DNA of 64,000 bases from Desulfomonilia bacterium (GTDB taxonomy: Bacteria; Desulfobacterota; Desulfomonilia; UBA1062), in assembly GCA_050014195.1 (NCBI GenBank), contig JBEKDT010000016.1, positions 55,023-119,022 of the forward strand, read 5' to 3'. The notes beneath the pieces were generated by a model. That model was not told the DNA's origin, did not search any database, and saw nothing but the letters and a program-made list of their open reading frames with translations. Made by a program: the position numbers and the translations under genes. Shown piece by piece: positions 30,214 to 41,738 of this stretch (the first letter of the stretch is position 1; every line of letters begins with the position of its first letter).

Positions 30214-30789
30214 CTAGAACCGTTTGATGATGATATCTTCAAGCGAGCGCTTGGGAACATGGTGCACGCCTTTCTCATCCCGCCAATACCGGATATCTCC
30301 CTCAGTGCCCACTGCATCGATCCTGACCTCTTCTTTGGGCTTGCCCAGAGCGATCACCAGCAAGATCTCATAGTGCTCAGGGATGCTCAGTGCTTCAGCA
30401 AGGCCCTTTCTACTGAAAGCGGCGATCATGCACCCGCCGAGCCCCTTCTCTGCGGCCCCCAAGAGAATTGATTGTGCCGCAATCCCGTGGTTGCACCAGA
30501 AATTCGTAGTTATCTGCTTGTCGCCAAGGATGATGATATAGGCCGAAGGTCTCTCTCCCTCGGAGGGGCCCGGCCAGTCTTTGAGGTATGCAGCCCAGCC
30601 GAGATGAGGGAATATGGAGGAATTGGCCTGCACATCAGCCGAGATGAAATACTTCAGAGGCTGCATATTGGCTGCTGAGGCGGAGAGACGCGCAAGATCC
30701 ACGAAAGCCTTCAGCTCATCTTTTGTGACTATATGGTCCTGGTAAAACCTCCTGTACGATCTGTTCCGGATAACTATATCCCTCAACAT
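30214..30789 (-). CDS. Nitroreductase family protein
   Basis: RSYRRF, SAANMQPLKY, GLGGC, HHVPKRSL; start set at ATG 30789. Confidence 0.88.
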   Translation of the reverse strand: MLRDIVIRNRSYRRFYQDHIVTKDELKAFVDLARLSASAANMQPLKYFISADVQANSSIFPHLGWAAYLKDWPGPSEGERPSAYIIILGDKQITTNFWCNHGIAAQSILLGAAEKGLGGCMIAAFSRKGLAEALSIPEHYEILLVIALGKPKEEVRIDAVGTEGDIRYWRDEKGVHHVPKRSLEDIIIKRF

Positions 30790-30818
30790 AGTCCTTTTCT
30801 CCATTCGTTGAAATTCTC

Positions 30819-31268
30819 CTATAGTATAGACTTCGGCCTGATATTCTTCCACTGAGCGCCCATGGGGCATGCCTTCATGCACGCAATACAGTTGTCCACA
30901 TCCGTAATCATGGTCTGGCCGAACTCAACCATGAAATCCCTCTTATGGATCTCCACGGGCTTGTCTGCAGATACGGGTAATGAGAGAAACCCGCCTCGCT
31001 CAAGATATCGGCCCACCTTTTCTGCGACCCGGTCCAAAAGTCTCGATGTCTGCATCTTGTTTCTGGTCCAGAGTTTGAGATCCGGGGAATAAACCGCTCC
31101 CAGGCTGTGTGAGACCGCCATGACGATCACGCTCCCGGCTGTGGGCATAAGCCTTAAGGCAGGTCTGGCCGGGCGGGCAAGAAGCAGATCATCGGCACAG
31201 GCAATGCCGACGAGGTCGATCCCTTCCGCGAGGATCATCTGCTTGATCGAGGCTGAGTCAAGTTCCAT
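30819..31268 (-). pseudogene. QueG/reductive-dehalogenase-like Fe-S protein, apparently with an internal deletion
   Basis: GIDLVGIA..P..SVIV N-terminal domain joined directly to a single CIACMKACP; expected central region absent. Confidence 0.5.
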
Positions 31269-31983
31269 GTTGAGCCCTCGATTTCTGAAGGTTCTTCAGG
31301 AACGGCTTATTGAGGAAGCTCTTCTCGTCGAGAGAGCAGAGCTGCTCGAACATGGGGACCGTCACACTAAAGGCCAGGATGTCGGGTGGCAGCCACTGCC
31401 GCATGGCTATGTCGGTGGCTCCGATAATGGCCTGGGGCAGGCTTAAGTCTTCGAATGGGGTGATCATCTCCATGCAGCCTGACCCGAAGGGGGCCAGGAC
31501 GGCAGGCGGGTCGCCGGGGGCGTTACGGTAGTGCGCTCCGATGATGAGTGCGCTCAACTGGTCGGGGTTCACATAAAAGGTCACGGTCTTCAGGTACGGT
31601 TCCTTGCCTTCTTTCAGGGGCCCTATAAGGATATTGGGATGTTCCTGGCGGTAGGTCCTGCGCTCGTCGATCCATCTGCCCATGATCTCGTGGTCGGCCT
31701 TGAGCCCCTCGGCGTCCACGAGGAAGGTGATGTATTCCTGCCTGGACCGGGTGGCCACGCTACACAGGGCCGTTCCGGCACCACCGCATCCGAAGTTGTC
31801 TTTGGTGATAAGCAGGGTTTTCCCACCCAGCCAGTCCTTGTAAAAGGCGAAGACACAAACATGTTTCTTGGGTTCAGGTGCCGCCACCGGTTCGAACCCG
31901 GAAGTATCCGGCGCATCATAGAACCCGATGAGGGGTGTCTTGATGCCGAGGCGTTCAATAAGTCCGGAAGGATCTTGTTTCAT
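31258..31983 (-). CDS. DUF169-like protein
   Basis: CVF, GCGGA, VNPDQLSAL, PFGSGC, DIAMR. Confidence 0.7.
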   Translation of the reverse strand: MKQDPSGLIERLGIKTPLIGFYDAPDTSGFEPVAAPEPKKHVCVFAFYKDWLGGKTLLITKDNFGCGGAGTALCSVATRSRQEYITFLVDAEGLKADHEIMGRWIDERRTYRQEHPNILIGPLKEGKEPYLKTVTFYVNPDQLSALIIGAHYRNAPGDPPAVLAPFGSGCMEMITPFEDLSLPQAIIGATDIAMRQWLPPDILAFSVTVPMFEQLCSLDEKSFLNKPFLKNLQKSRAQHGT

Positions 31984-32073
31984 GCTTCCTCCTTTCGTGC
32001 TTCATGCATGAGCATGTACACGTTAAACTGTTGTGCAAGATACATCATCAGGGGTGTGCTCGCGTGAGACGGG

Positions 32074-33165
32074 TCAGTTGTCTATGGGCATGTGAGGCTC
32101 TTCCAGGGCAGCTTTCTCAAAACTGTCAGGGTCCCATTGTGGCCGGTTATCCTTGTCGATGAGCCGCGCGCGCACCCCCTCCCTGAAATCGTGCCGCCCC
32201 ATCAGATATCGGGCGACCTTCAGATCCGCCTGGAAGACTTCGGCAAGGTCCCTGCCCTCGTCGCGGCGCAGACACTTGAGCGTAACAAAAACGGCGCCCG
32301 GCGAACGCTCCTTAAGCCTGCCGAACACCCCTTCACAGAGATCATTGAGTATGCTGCAGGCCCTCAGACCATTCAATATGTCAAGCACGGATGTCTTACC
32401 GGCGAAATACTCCTTGACCCATCGGTCCATTTCCGGGTTTGCAGGTATCTCTCGTTGCTCAAAAGGCCTGAGGAGATCCCGCAATCTTCTTACCGCATCT
32501 TTCCTCTCTGAAGACAAGGAAGGTGCATGCAGTTTCAGGGTCTCCAAGGCATCATCAAACCTTGATGAGGGGATGAGACAGTCGGCCAATCCGATGCGTA
32601 CGCATTCAGCGCCGATCATCTCATACCCGGTGAGGCCGAGGAACTCCGGATAGCCCCCAGAGCACTTCAAGAACAGCCAACCCGTAGAGCCGACATCGGG
32701 GAAGAAGCCGATCCGCGTCTCGGGCATGGCCATGCGCGTTGTCTCGCTTGCGATGGTGATGTCCGCCCCTGAGGAAAGGCCAAGACCGCCTCCCATGGTG
32801 ACCCCATGGGCAAATACGATCACGGGCTTGGGATATCGGTGGATGGCCAGGTCAAGATCATTCTCCTCCTTGAGAAATTGCATGGCGGGCTCAAGATTAT
32901 TTTCCGTAACGGCCCGGGCCAACAGCTTGATGTCACCGCCGGCACAAAACCCCCTCTCGCCTGCGCCGCTTAGGATGATGAGTCTTACCGAATCATCGTT
33001 CCTTGCATCATAGAGTGCCTCAGCTATGATGTAGATCATATCCAGGGTGAGACTGTTGATTACATCAGGCCGGTTGAGGACCATGTGCACGACCCCGTCC
33101 GAGCGTCTGATGAGGACCGGCTGTGCGGTTGATTCATTGAGTTCATTCATGTCATTCACTCGCAT
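32074..33165 (-). CDS. 3-hydroxyisobutyryl-CoA hydrolase-like crotonase
   Basis: FCAGGDI, GVTMGGG, AMPETRIGFFPDVG, DFREGVRA.LIDKD..P.W. Confidence 0.88.
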   Translation of the reverse strand: MRVNDMNELNESTAQPVLIRRSDGVVHMVLNRPDVINSLTLDMIYIIAEALYDARNDDSVRLIILSGAGERGFCAGGDIKLLARAVTENNLEPAMQFLKEENDLDLAIHRYPKPVIVFAHGVTMGGGLGLSSGADITIASETTRMAMPETRIGFFPDVGSTGWLFLKCSGGYPEFLGLTGYEMIGAECVRIGLADCLIPSSRFDDALETLKLHAPSLSSERKDAVRRLRDLLRPFEQREIPANPEMDRWVKEYFAGKTSVLDILNGLRACSILNDLCEGVFGRLKERSPGAVFVTLKCLRRDEGRDLAEVFQADLKVARYLMGRHDFREGVRARLIDKDNRPQWDPDSFEKAALEEPHMPIDN

Positions 33166-33221
33166 GTACTTGATGAGGGATGAAGAGCCTGAACAGCAGA
33201 ATGCCTTCTACGGCAACCCCC

Positions 33222-34292
33222 TTATCCTTGGTTGCTGAAAAGCTCCTTCATACGCATAAGCAATGTGAGGTCGCCCTCAGCCGTATATTTGCCCTTCATG
33301 AAGGCATCCTGACCATCCGCCTTTCCCGTAAGAATATCCATCCAGACCTCAAAGGGGGCCTTTACCACGAGGTCGGGGCCTGCCGCCGGTCCCATGAATT
33401 CTTCAATGCCCCCATCGGCAATTATGAATGAGCAGGAACCCGACTGCTCACCGGTAAAATCAAACTGGAGGACAGCGTGCTTAGAGTCTGCAGACTCAGG
33501 CTTGTAGGCCATCTTCATAAGCAGGGCAAAATCCTCTATGGTCTCCGGCCTTGGAACAACGCCCTTCGCCCTCAACTCCTCAGGGGTCATCTTCTCCCGG
33601 ATGCAGGTCTTCCAGAAGATATTTGCAGCCCTCAACAAAACCTTCTTATCACCTATGGGTTGAGTGATTCGTTCCATTGTCTCAGGTGCAATCCTCATGT
33701 TTTTTACCATCTCTCCACCCGCCTTCGAGAGGGCATCAAGGATTTCATCGCGCACCTTCTTGTTCGGCCCCATTACCATGGCCTCGGCTGCAGGCCTATA
33801 GATCTCGGCGATGAGTCCTCTGCCGTACATGAATCGCATATGGTTTGAAAGCTGATCGAACACCGACATCTCAGGAAAGCCTGCCGCTGAAAGAACTGCA
33901 ACCGCTGGGTGATGAAGGCGAAGAGGGTGGTAGCTGATGCCTTTCTTTTCCTGAATAAACGGTTCCAGCACAGGCAGGGTCCGCTCTATGAAGGCCTTCA
34001 TGGCAGCGTTCATGGTGTAGTGGTACAGGGGGGTAGCAAAAACTGCGATATCGGATTCGATAAACTTGGGGAAGAGCTCCTCACTCATGTCGTCACGGTG
34101 GATGCACCTGCCGGGTGACTTGGTCCAGCAGGTCAAGCACCCAACACAGTTCTTAACGGACTTCGTCCGCAGGTGGACAACCTCCACCTGGGCACCGGCC
34201 TTTTCCATCCCGGCTGCGAGATGGCTCAACATGAGCTCTGTCTTGCTCTGGCCCTTGATCCTGGGGCTGGAATTCAAAGCAAGTACCTTCAT
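33222..34292 (-). CDS. Iron-sulfur flavoprotein-like domain fused to an SCP2 domain
   Basis: NSSPR, CVGCLTCW..C, ATPLYH; C-terminal AFMKGKY.AEGDL.LL. Confidence 0.82.
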   Translation of the reverse strand: MKVLALNSSPRIKGQSKTELMLSHLAAGMEKAGAQVEVVHLRTKSVKNCVGCLTCWTKSPGRCIHRDDMSEELFPKFIESDIAVFATPLYHYTMNAAMKAFIERTLPVLEPFIQEKKGISYHPLRLHHPAVAVLSAAGFPEMSVFDQLSNHMRFMYGRGLIAEIYRPAAEAMVMGPNKKVRDEILDALSKAGGEMVKNMRIAPETMERITQPIGDKKVLLRAANIFWKTCIREKMTPEELRAKGVVPRPETIEDFALLMKMAYKPESADSKHAVLQFDFTGEQSGSCSFIIADGGIEEFMGPAAGPDLVVKAPFEVWMDILTGKADGQDAFMKGKYTAEGDLTLLMRMKELFSNQG

Positions 34293-34443
34293 AACGTCCT
34301 CCCTCACAACGGAATACTTCAAGAAAATATACCCAGGCGACTGAATATACCTTATATGCCGGATTCATGACAAGGAGATCACATAAAAAGGCGATTATTA
34401 CACGATATTAAGATGGAATGTACACATGGTCAGGGGGTAAAAC

Positions 34444-35727
34444 TTATTCCAGGTAACTCTTGAGCTGTTCCATCCGTACCTTCACTTGCTCCTTGATCGA
34501 TCCAAGCTCTGCGGGGTCTATCTCAAGGGCTTTCAGGGAAGTCAGAGTTTCCGGGTCAATGCCTTCGGGATTGGGTGTGCCATACCCCATGGACTTTACG
34601 AGAACATTGGCGAGATGCACCACCAGCAGCTCTTTGCTCGGCGTCTGGATACCATCTATATGGTCATGGAGCTCCGCTACCTGCAAGTACACCCCGGGGA
34701 AATTCCACCTTTTTAAGAGAACCGCCCCGGTCTTACCGTGATAGGCCGCGAGCGAGTCCAACAACTCATCGGCAGGAACAGCCTTTATGTCTTTTTCCTT
34801 CTTTTCGATCTCTCCCATAACCCGCAGGAGCATGAGCTTCCCGATGTCATGGAGCAGGCCCATCGTGAAGGGGTCCTCACTCAGCTTCATCCCCTTGGCC
34901 TCAGTAATGACCTGGCAAGCATGGGCACACGAAAGTGAATGCTCCCAGAGCTTCTCCATGACTTCGGTGTATTTCGGATTGGTCCCAAGATAGAGCGACC
35001 TGTTGGAAAGGGCATCGACTGTCTGTTTCGTGGCTAAAAGCCCCAAACGGCCGATGGCCTGTTCCACGGTGATGTTTTCCGTCAGGCCTCGATAAAAGGA
35101 CGAGTTGGATATACTGATGAGCTTCGATGAGATAGCCGGGTCCTGCTTTAAAAGCCCTCCGATCTCCTGCAGATTTGCCCCTGTTTTTATCAGGGCATGG
35201 AACTTGGTCTGTATCCGGGGCATGGGCGGGAGCTCGATCTCACCTCTATTGAACTGTGCAATGATCTTGGTAAGCGGATTCTTCTTTTCCCGGGCAGCTC
35301 CGTTCTCGGTCGATGACCCGTTTGGTGGCTGCTGCTCAGAGAGTCCGTTATCCTTTAATTTCTTGGCAACAGTCTCCATGGTGAAGGGCTTCATGATATA
35401 GTCATTACAGCCGGATTTAATGCAGGTAAGAATAATATCCTTTTCAGATGACGCAGTGACCATGAAGATCTTGACCTGGCCTTCTTTGGGTATACCATTA
35501 TCATTCTCCATGCTGCGGATCCGGTCGAGCACTTCGGTTCCATCCATCTCCGGCATTGAGATATCCAACATGATCAGATCATATTGCTTCTCTTCCGCAG
35601 AAGCATCCATGAATGCCTTGAGGGCATCCTGTCCGCCCGTTACCTCATCGCACTCACCAAGCGAGCTCATGATGCGCTTCATCTTCTCCCGGCTGACAAG
35701 CTCATCATCAACCACGAGGATTCTCAT
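34444..35727 (-). CDS. Response regulator with HDOD domain
   Basis: ILVVDD, LDISMPEMDG, YIMKP; LPPMP, QDPAIS, LWEHS, GLLHDIGK. Confidence 0.92.
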   Translation of the reverse strand: MRILVVDDELVSREKMKRIMSSLGECDEVTGGQDALKAFMDASAEEKQYDLIMLDISMPEMDGTEVLDRIRSMENDNGIPKEGQVKIFMVTASSEKDIILTCIKSGCNDYIMKPFTMETVAKKLKDNGLSEQQPPNGSSTENGAAREKKNPLTKIIAQFNRGEIELPPMPRIQTKFHALIKTGANLQEIGGLLKQDPAISSKLISISNSSFYRGLTENITVEQAIGRLGLLATKQTVDALSNRSLYLGTNPKYTEVMEKLWEHSLSCAHACQVITEAKGMKLSEDPFTMGLLHDIGKLMLLRVMGEIEKKEKDIKAVPADELLDSLAAYHGKTGAVLLKRWNFPGVYLQVAELHDHIDGIQTPSKELLVVHLANVLVKSMGYGTPNPEGIDPETLTSLKALEIDPAELGSIKEQVKVRMEQLKSYLE

Positions 35728-35815
35728 TTAACCTCCTGACCTCAATGTACAATCCTTCTGAGGAGTTATCGCCAGGTCATTTATCAACTCCGCTGTCTCG
35801 TTTCTTTCCATATTT

Positions 35816-38689
35816 TTAGAACCCATGTGTAAAAGTCTCAAGTCTCTGAAATGCTTGTTCGAGCCTGCCCAGCGCTTCCATCCCACCCTCAAGGGATCCT
35901 TCTCCGGCAAGCCTTTCAAGCTCAAGGGCACGGCCCGACAGGTCATCAGCGGTCAGGTTGGCGGCGCCGCCTTTAATAGAGTGGGCCTCCTTCCTGACGA
36001 TCTCTGCATTACCGTCCGTAAGGGCCTTTCTCATGACGGGGATCTGCCCCCTCACGGTTTCCACAAAACCGTTCAGAAGCCTTAAAAGGAAATCCTTGTC
36101 GCCATCGAACTCTTCGAGTGCCCGCCCCTTATCGAGCGGGGTATGTTCTTCGCTCATTGAGGTCATGCAGTGTTTATCGGCCGCCTCAAGGAGACATGTT
36201 TTCACGGTATTTTGCACCGGGACCCACTTCTTGACCATCGCGATTAAATCGTGTCGCTTCACCGGCTTAGGAAGGAAGTCATCCATTCCTGCATCAAAAC
36301 ATTTCTTCCTGAACTCCTCGATTACATGGCCGGTCATCGCAATGATGGGGATGTGTTTTCCGGCCTTATCGCCACCAGCGAGCCTCTCTTCAAGCTGCCG
36401 TATGGCCTTTGTCGCAGCGAAGCCGTCCATGTGCGGCATCTCGATATCCATAAGGATGAGATCATAAGCAGTTTGCTTGTATGCAGCCAAGGCCTGCTCC
36501 CCATCATCCACCACATCCACGAGACATCCTGCAGTGGTGAGGTGTATTAAGCCCACTTGTTGATTTGTCGGATAATCATCCGCCAACAAGATATGCGGGC
36601 CTGTGCTGTTCTCTTCTGCGAGGGCATAGCGGGTAATCAGTTTCCCTGAAGATATCTGGGGATTCACTTCTCCCTGTTTAAGCACGGCGGTTATGACACG
36701 ATGGAGTTCATCGTTGCGAATCGGTTTGGGCAGATATCCCTGAATGCCCACCTGAGAGCACCTCAGTCCGTCTCCGATACTGCCGGATGGGGTAAGCATA
36801 ATGATGGGAACACCTTTCATAGTGTTCAGGGCCCTGATATGAGCAACAAGCTCGAATCCATCCATGAGAGGCATGTAGGAATCGGTGACCACAAGGTTGA
36901 TCTCGTTATCGGCCGAAGCCTTGTCTTTCAGGATGTCCAGGGCCTCCTGTCCGGAAGTGGCCTCCACCGGTATACAACCCCAGGCACTGAGATAGGATGC
37001 AAAGGTTGAGCGTGCGGATGTGTTGTCATCCACCACAAGCACATGTAATCCTGAGAGGTCTATCTCTGACTGAACAGGACGTGTGTCCTGCCCTTCCTGG
37101 AGTGAAAAGACCGCTGTAAACCAGAATGTGCTCCCTTTTCCCCTTTCGCTCTCCACCTCGATCCGGCCTTCCATCAGCTCTGTGAGTCTCTTTGATATGG
37201 AGAGCCCTAACCCTGTTCCGCCGTATTTACGCGTCGTGGATGAGTCTTCCTGGGTAAAGCTCTCAAAGATTGCATCCTGTTTGTCAGGGGGAATACCGAT
37301 GCCTGAATCCTTCACAAGGAAGCGAGCCAATGCCTTAGCGCCTATACCTTCGAGGTACTCTACTTTGAGGAGGATCTCCCCTTTGTCGGTAAATTTCAAG
37401 GCATTGTCCACAAGGTTGGTCAGGATCTGTCTGAGCCTGCCGGGATCTCCCACGATGCGGGTCGGCATCTCGGGGGATATATACAGGATGAGTTCCAGGT
37501 CCTTCTGCTTAGCCCTCACGGCAAAACTGCGGGCAATGTCCTCCATGAGGATCTTGAGATCAAACGGGATTTTCTCCAGCTCAAGCCGCCGGGACTCCAG
37601 CTTGGAAAAATCCAGGATATCATTAATGAGGCTCAACAGGTTTTCCGACTCACGGTAAATCGTGGTTATGACCTCCTGCTGATCATCGGTTAGATCGGTA
37701 TCCAAGGCGATCTCCGTCATCCCGATGATGCCGTTCAAGGGGGTGCGGATCTCATGGCTCATGTGGGCCAGAAATTCGCTCTTGGCCCTGTTCTGGGCCT
37801 CTGCCTTGATCATGGCCTTGCGGAGCTCTTCCGCATGTTTTCGATGGGTGATGTCCCTCAATATCCCCCTGAACCCCGACGGCTGCCCTTTCAAATCTTT
37901 CATCAGGCTGATGGAACTCTCTATAGACCTTTTCTCTCCATCTTTAAGGATGATCTCCCAATCGAATCCCTTGTCCGGTCTTCCGGTCTTGAAAGCCATA
38001 TGAAAAACCGAGAATATCTGCCGTGCAGTGGCAGCATCCATGAACTTCCGGTAGCTGTACCCTATAATCTCATCCCGTGGAAACCCGACAATCCTGCTCA
38101 TGGAATCATTCACAAAAATGAAGTTTCCCGTGAGGTCGACTTCATAATAGCCTTCCTCAATGTTATCAAGGATACTCCGGTATCTCTCCTCACTCTTTTT
38201 AAGCGCCTTGAGTGCACGGTGGCTTTCGGTAATATCCCTTGCAATAACCCTCACCATGACCGGGGCCATCTCATCGGAAACAAGGGTTGCCTTGTATTCC
38301 ATGATGCTCTCTTTGCCATCAAGTGTCTCGATCCTGAGGGAACCTTTTACATTCCGGTCCCTCATGATTTTCTCCATATACTCATCATATTCTTGCCGGT
38401 ACCGTTTCGGTATGAGGTCGCTAACCTCGGCTCCGACAAGGTCTTTCTCAGAGAACCCGTAGAAATCGTTATCAACAAGATTTATCTCCATGATGCGGCC
38501 ATTTAGATCATGGATGACAAAAAGGTCGGAAGTATTCTTTAAGATGAACTGGTAGCGCGCCTCGATCTGCCCAAGCCTCTCCTTAGTCATCTTCAACTCG
38601 CTCAAAGTATCGATGACATCAAGAGAGCCAGACTCAAGGCCCTGCCCGACCTCATCTTCGCGCTGGTTTTCCTTCATTACTACCGCCAT
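35816..38689 (-). CDS. Hybrid histidine kinase (2 PAS, HisKA, HATPase, 2 REC, Hpt)
   Basis: [34 protein letters not shown], two receivers, AHSIKGGA. Confidence 0.95.
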   Translation of the reverse strand: MAVVMKENQREDEVGQGLESGSLDVIDTLSELKMTKERLGQIEARYQFILKNTSDLFVIHDLNGRIMEINLVDNDFYGFSEKDLVGAEVSDLIPKRYRQEYDEYMEKIMRDRNVKGSLRIETLDGKESIMEYKATLVSDEMAPVMVRVIARDITESHRALKALKKSEERYRSILDNIEEGYYEVDLTGNFIFVNDSMSRIVGFPRDEIIGYSYRKFMDAATARQIFSVFHMAFKTGRPDKGFDWEIILKDGEKRSIESSISLMKDLKGQPSGFRGILRDITHRKHAEELRKAMIKAEAQNRAKSEFLAHMSHEIRTPLNGIIGMTEIALDTDLTDDQQEVITTIYRESENLLSLINDILDFSKLESRRLELEKIPFDLKILMEDIARSFAVRAKQKDLELILYISPEMPTRIVGDPGRLRQILTNLVDNALKFTDKGEILLKVEYLEGIGAKALARFLVKDSGIGIPPDKQDAIFESFTQEDSSTTRKYGGTGLGLSISKRLTELMEGRIEVESERGKGSTFWFTAVFSLQEGQDTRPVQSEIDLSGLHVLVVDDNTSARSTFASYLSAWGCIPVEATSGQEALDILKDKASADNEINLVVTDSYMPLMDGFELVAHIRALNTMKGVPIIMLTPSGSIGDGLRCSQVGIQGYLPKPIRNDELHRVITAVLKQGEVNPQISSGKLITRYALAEENSTGPHILLADDYPTNQQVGLIHLTTAGCLVDVVDDGEQALAAYKQTAYDLILMDIEMPHMDGFAATKAIRQLEERLAGGDKAGKHIPIIAMTGHVIEEFRKKCFDAGMDDFLPKPVKRHDLIAMVKKWVPVQNTVKTCLLEAADKHCMTSMSEEHTPLDKGRALEEFDGDKDFLLRLLNGFVETVRGQIPVMRKALTDGNAEIVRKEAHSIKGGAANLTADDLSGRALELERLAGEGSLEGGMEALGRLEQAFQRLETFTHGF

Positions 38690-38896
38690 ACCTCTTCAAT
38701 GAATATGACTTATTTTCCCCATCGGAAATTAAATTCCAAAATATTAGGGCTTTTCGAACAAATCGACTATCGAGAACGTCTCTTACATCAAACAAAGGCC
38801 TGTTATAGCCACACCACCCAAGGCTATCCCAAGAAGGGGTATCCCCTCGGTATCAATAATACCCTGAAGCATATTCAAGGGTGAAGATACTAAACT

Positions 38897-38928
38897 TGGT
38901 GGGTTATGCTTCGCTCCACCTACCCTAC
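38897..38928 (-). repeat. Solitary GTAG-type REP-like palindrome
   Basis: Minus strand GTAGGGTAGGTGGAGCGAAGCATAACCCACCA: GTAG foot plus imperfect hairpin. Confidence 0.6.
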
Positions 38929-38954
38929 GGGGCTAAGCGATAAGTGATCAGTGA

Positions 38955-39650
38955 TCACTGCCTTATTATCTCGCGAGTCCTGGGCCCACAGGTGAACAGG
39001 AGATCAAATATCGAAAGGTTGGATATAAACGGCCCCCATAATTGGGGGTATATCGGTATTGGGGGTTTGTGGAATTCCATTTCAATGCCGGCCTGTTCAA
39101 AGAGAACACTGTCGAGCCACTTCGTGGCCGAATCCTGCGCCAGATAGCGTGATGCACCCAAGGCCAGGCAGATATCCACGATCAGAGCGGTGCCCTTTTC
39201 CTTGATACCGAGTTCGGACAATCTGATGATCCTGGTCGTGCAGTCAAGTTCTCCAAGCACATATGCCATGATTTCCATGTTCATATCCAAGATGTTTTCC
39301 TGATCCGGAGAAAACAGACGTTCAAAGATACCTAAATGCTCTTCACGGTAGGGTGCATGCCAATAGGCCTGCTGCAAACTTGCCAGGTGCTTTTTTTGCC
39401 AGAGCACTTCATTACAGATCTTCACCTTGCTGATCATCTGCAGACCCAAACCCTTCTTACACACCGGGATGCTCATCCACAACGTTCCCTGGTCATTTTT
39501 GAACCGGTTGCGGGTGATCCAGGTGGAGCCTTGGGGAAACTGGACCTCATCAAGGACAACGAAGATATCACAGGCCAGGATCTTGGCAAAATATCCCGGA
39601 TAGGGGCAGAAATAGGGTCGCGCAGTCGATACGATCATCTTGTCCCTCAA
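38955..39650 (-). CDS. WbqC family protein
   Basis: RPYFCPYPGYF, DEVQF, RNR, YPQLWG.F..NLSIFDLLF. Confidence 0.88.
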   Translation of the reverse strand: MRDKMIVSTARPYFCPYPGYFAKILACDIFVVLDEVQFPQGSTWITRNRFKNDQGTLWMSIPVCKKGLGLQMISKVKICNEVLWQKKHLASLQQAYWHAPYREEHLGIFERLFSPDQENILDMNMEIMAYVLGELDCTTRIIRLSELGIKEKGTALIVDICLALGASRYLAQDSATKWLDSVLFEQAGIEMEFHKPPIPIYPQLWGPFISNLSIFDLLFTCGPRTREIIRQ

Positions 39651-39712
39651 GAGTTTAAAAGTACACCCTCATAATCAAACCCTAACATCAGGGTACCATA
39701 AAGAAGGGCGTA

Positions 39713-40204
39713 TTACAGATCGTAGAGTGTTTCATCCACCTTGGGCTTGGTGCCCTTTTTCCCTGTCCCTGACTTCTGTTCCATTAAGAAAGGGTCTTCT
39801 CCTTCAAGCAGGTCGCCCATCTCGGCCTCGATCTTTTCAGGATCTTCACCTCGCTCCATTCTTGCCAGGGCCTCTTCCATGCCTGAGCCCATCTTCAGAC
39901 CCGTTGCCTCTGTCAGTTTTCTCATGAGCTGGGCGGCCTGCCGGGGATCGTCCTCCTTAATGTTTCCTGCCTCGCTCGCCAGCATGGACATGGCCTTTTC
40001 CATCTTGGCCTCATCGAAGGGCGGCATGTCGCCTTCCGCCTCATCGCCTTTTCTCCCTGATAACGCAGAGAATATCGAAACCCTGCGCTTGAGCTTGACG
40101 GTCTTGCACTTCGGGCACTTCGGCGTCTTGTCCGTATTGATGGTCCTGGAAAAGAAGTTGTATATCGTGTCGCACCTGTTGCAATAAAACTCGTAGATCG
40201 GCAT
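39713..40204 (-). CDS. FmdB-family zinc-ribbon protein
   Basis: MPIYEFYCNRC...CPKC. Confidence 0.88.
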   Translation of the reverse strand: MPIYEFYCNRCDTIYNFFSRTINTDKTPKCPKCKTVKLKRRVSIFSALSGRKGDEAEGDMPPFDEAKMEKAMSMLASEAGNIKEDDPRQAAQLMRKLTEATGLKMGSGMEEALARMERGEDPEKIEAEMGDLLEGEDPFLMEQKSGTGKKGTKPKVDETLYDL

Positions 40205-40396
40205 GGAAACTCCTTAAAAAGATTTTCGTAAACCCTATATGGAATAAACCCATTCAAGAAATCAAGATGGTATTTATCTCAAAGGGGTGTTACCGGAAAA
40301 GCCCTTCACCATAAAGGCTGAATTGTATCTGACACAATATCTATAGTCAAAGTCCTTAAGCATTCCGCACTTGCTCACCCTATGCTATCTTTATTC

Positions 40397-40425
40397 TTGA
40401 CTTTTTAGGCTGCAATGCCTATAAG
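40397..40425 (+). promoter_or_regulatory. Sigma-70 promoter candidate
   Basis: TTGACT-N17-TATAAG upstream of the DEAD-box gene. Confidence 0.55.
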
Positions 40426-40505
40426 CACATCAGCTAGGCATATCATTCATGAAATCAGGACCACATTGTCGATAGATAGTTCAACCAACCTACCAAGGAG
40501 TATTC

Positions 40506-41738
40506 ATGCACTTTATTGATTTGCATCTAGACGAGCGTATTATGCTCGGTATCAATGACGCGGGTTTCACCGTATGCACACCGGTCCAAGAGGCTACGTT
40601 CAAGCACAGCCTGAAAGGCAGGGATGTGTGTGCCCAGTCCCAGACGGGAACGGGAAAGACCGCAGCCTTTCTCATTACGATCCTCCAGAACCTTAAAGAT
40701 CAAAAAGGCGCTAAGGCCATGATCATCGTGCCGACCCGGGAACTCGCCGTCCAGGTAGAGAGTGAGGCCGTACTCCTCGGGACCCATCTCGACGAGTTCA
40801 AGGTCGCCTGCATCTATGGCGGTGTCGGATACAAGAGCCAGGAACAGCAGCTACGCCAGGGAGCAAACATCATTGTGGGCACACCCGGCAGGATCATTGA
40901 CCTCAACCGGTCAGGGAAACTGAGCTATAAAGACATCGGAATCCTTGTCATCGACGAGGCGGACCGCCTTTTCGATATGGGCTTTATTGCAGACCTGAGA
41001 AGGATGCTCAGGGCCATGCCTCCGGTTCACAAGCGCCAGACCATGCTCTTTTCCGCAACCTTGAGTTTCCTGGTTAAAGAGCTCGCCTGGCAGTACATGA
41101 ACAACCCTGTTGAGGTCGAGATAGCCTCTGAACAACTGACCGTAGACACGGTCACCCAGGAACTCTACCATGTGGGTAACGAAGAAAAAATGAGCCTCCT
41201 CCTGGGGATACTCGGCAAAGAGAGACCAAAAAACTGTCTCATTTTCACCAATATGAAGCAGACCGCCGAAGAGGTTTCGCGGCGACTCCGAATGAACGAG
41301 TTCACATGCGAGTTCATTACGGGCGATCTCCCGCAAAAGAAAAGGCTCGAGGTCATTGACGGAATCAAAAATGGCAGAATTCCCTTGCTTGTAGCGACGA
41401 ATGTGGCGGCCAGGGGTTTGCATGTGGACGACCTCGACCTGGTGATCAACTATGACATCCCCGAGGACTGCGAGGACTATGTCCATCGGATCGGCCGCAC
41501 GGCACGGGTGGGGAAGGATGGTAAGGCCATATCACTTGTGTGTGAAAATTATGTCTATGCCCTTGATTCCATTGAAAAGTACCTCGGCATGAAGATACCT
41601 GTCATCTGGCCCGAAGAATCCCTGTTCGTAGAGGATAAGAGCTTCCGGGCACGGCCCGCCAGGAATTCGCAAAGGAGGCAAGGATTCAGAGGCAGAAAAT
41701 CCTCATCCCAGCCCCGCCATGCCCACCACCATCGGTGA
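40506..41738 (+). CDS. DEAD-box RNA helicase (RhlB-like)
   Basis: QTGTGKT, PTRELA, TPGR, DEAD, SAT, YVHRIGRT. Confidence 0.95.
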   Translation: MHFIDLHLDERIMLGINDAGFTVCTPVQEATFKHSLKGRDVCAQSQTGTGKTAAFLITILQNLKDQKGAKAMIIVPTRELAVQVESEAVLLGTHLDEFKVACIYGGVGYKSQEQQLRQGANIIVGTPGRIIDLNRSGKLSYKDIGILVIDEADRLFDMGFIADLRRMLRAMPPVHKRQTMLFSATLSFLVKELAWQYMNNPVEVEIASEQLTVDTVTQELYHVGNEEKMSLLLGILGKERPKNCLIFTNMKQTAEEVSRRLRMNEFTCEFITGDLPQKKRLEVIDGIKNGRIPLLVATNVAARGLHVDDLDLVINYDIPEDCEDYVHRIGRTARVGKDGKAISLVCENYVYALDSIEKYLGMKIPVIWPEESLFVEDKSFRARPARNSQRRQGFRGRKSSSQPRHAHHHR

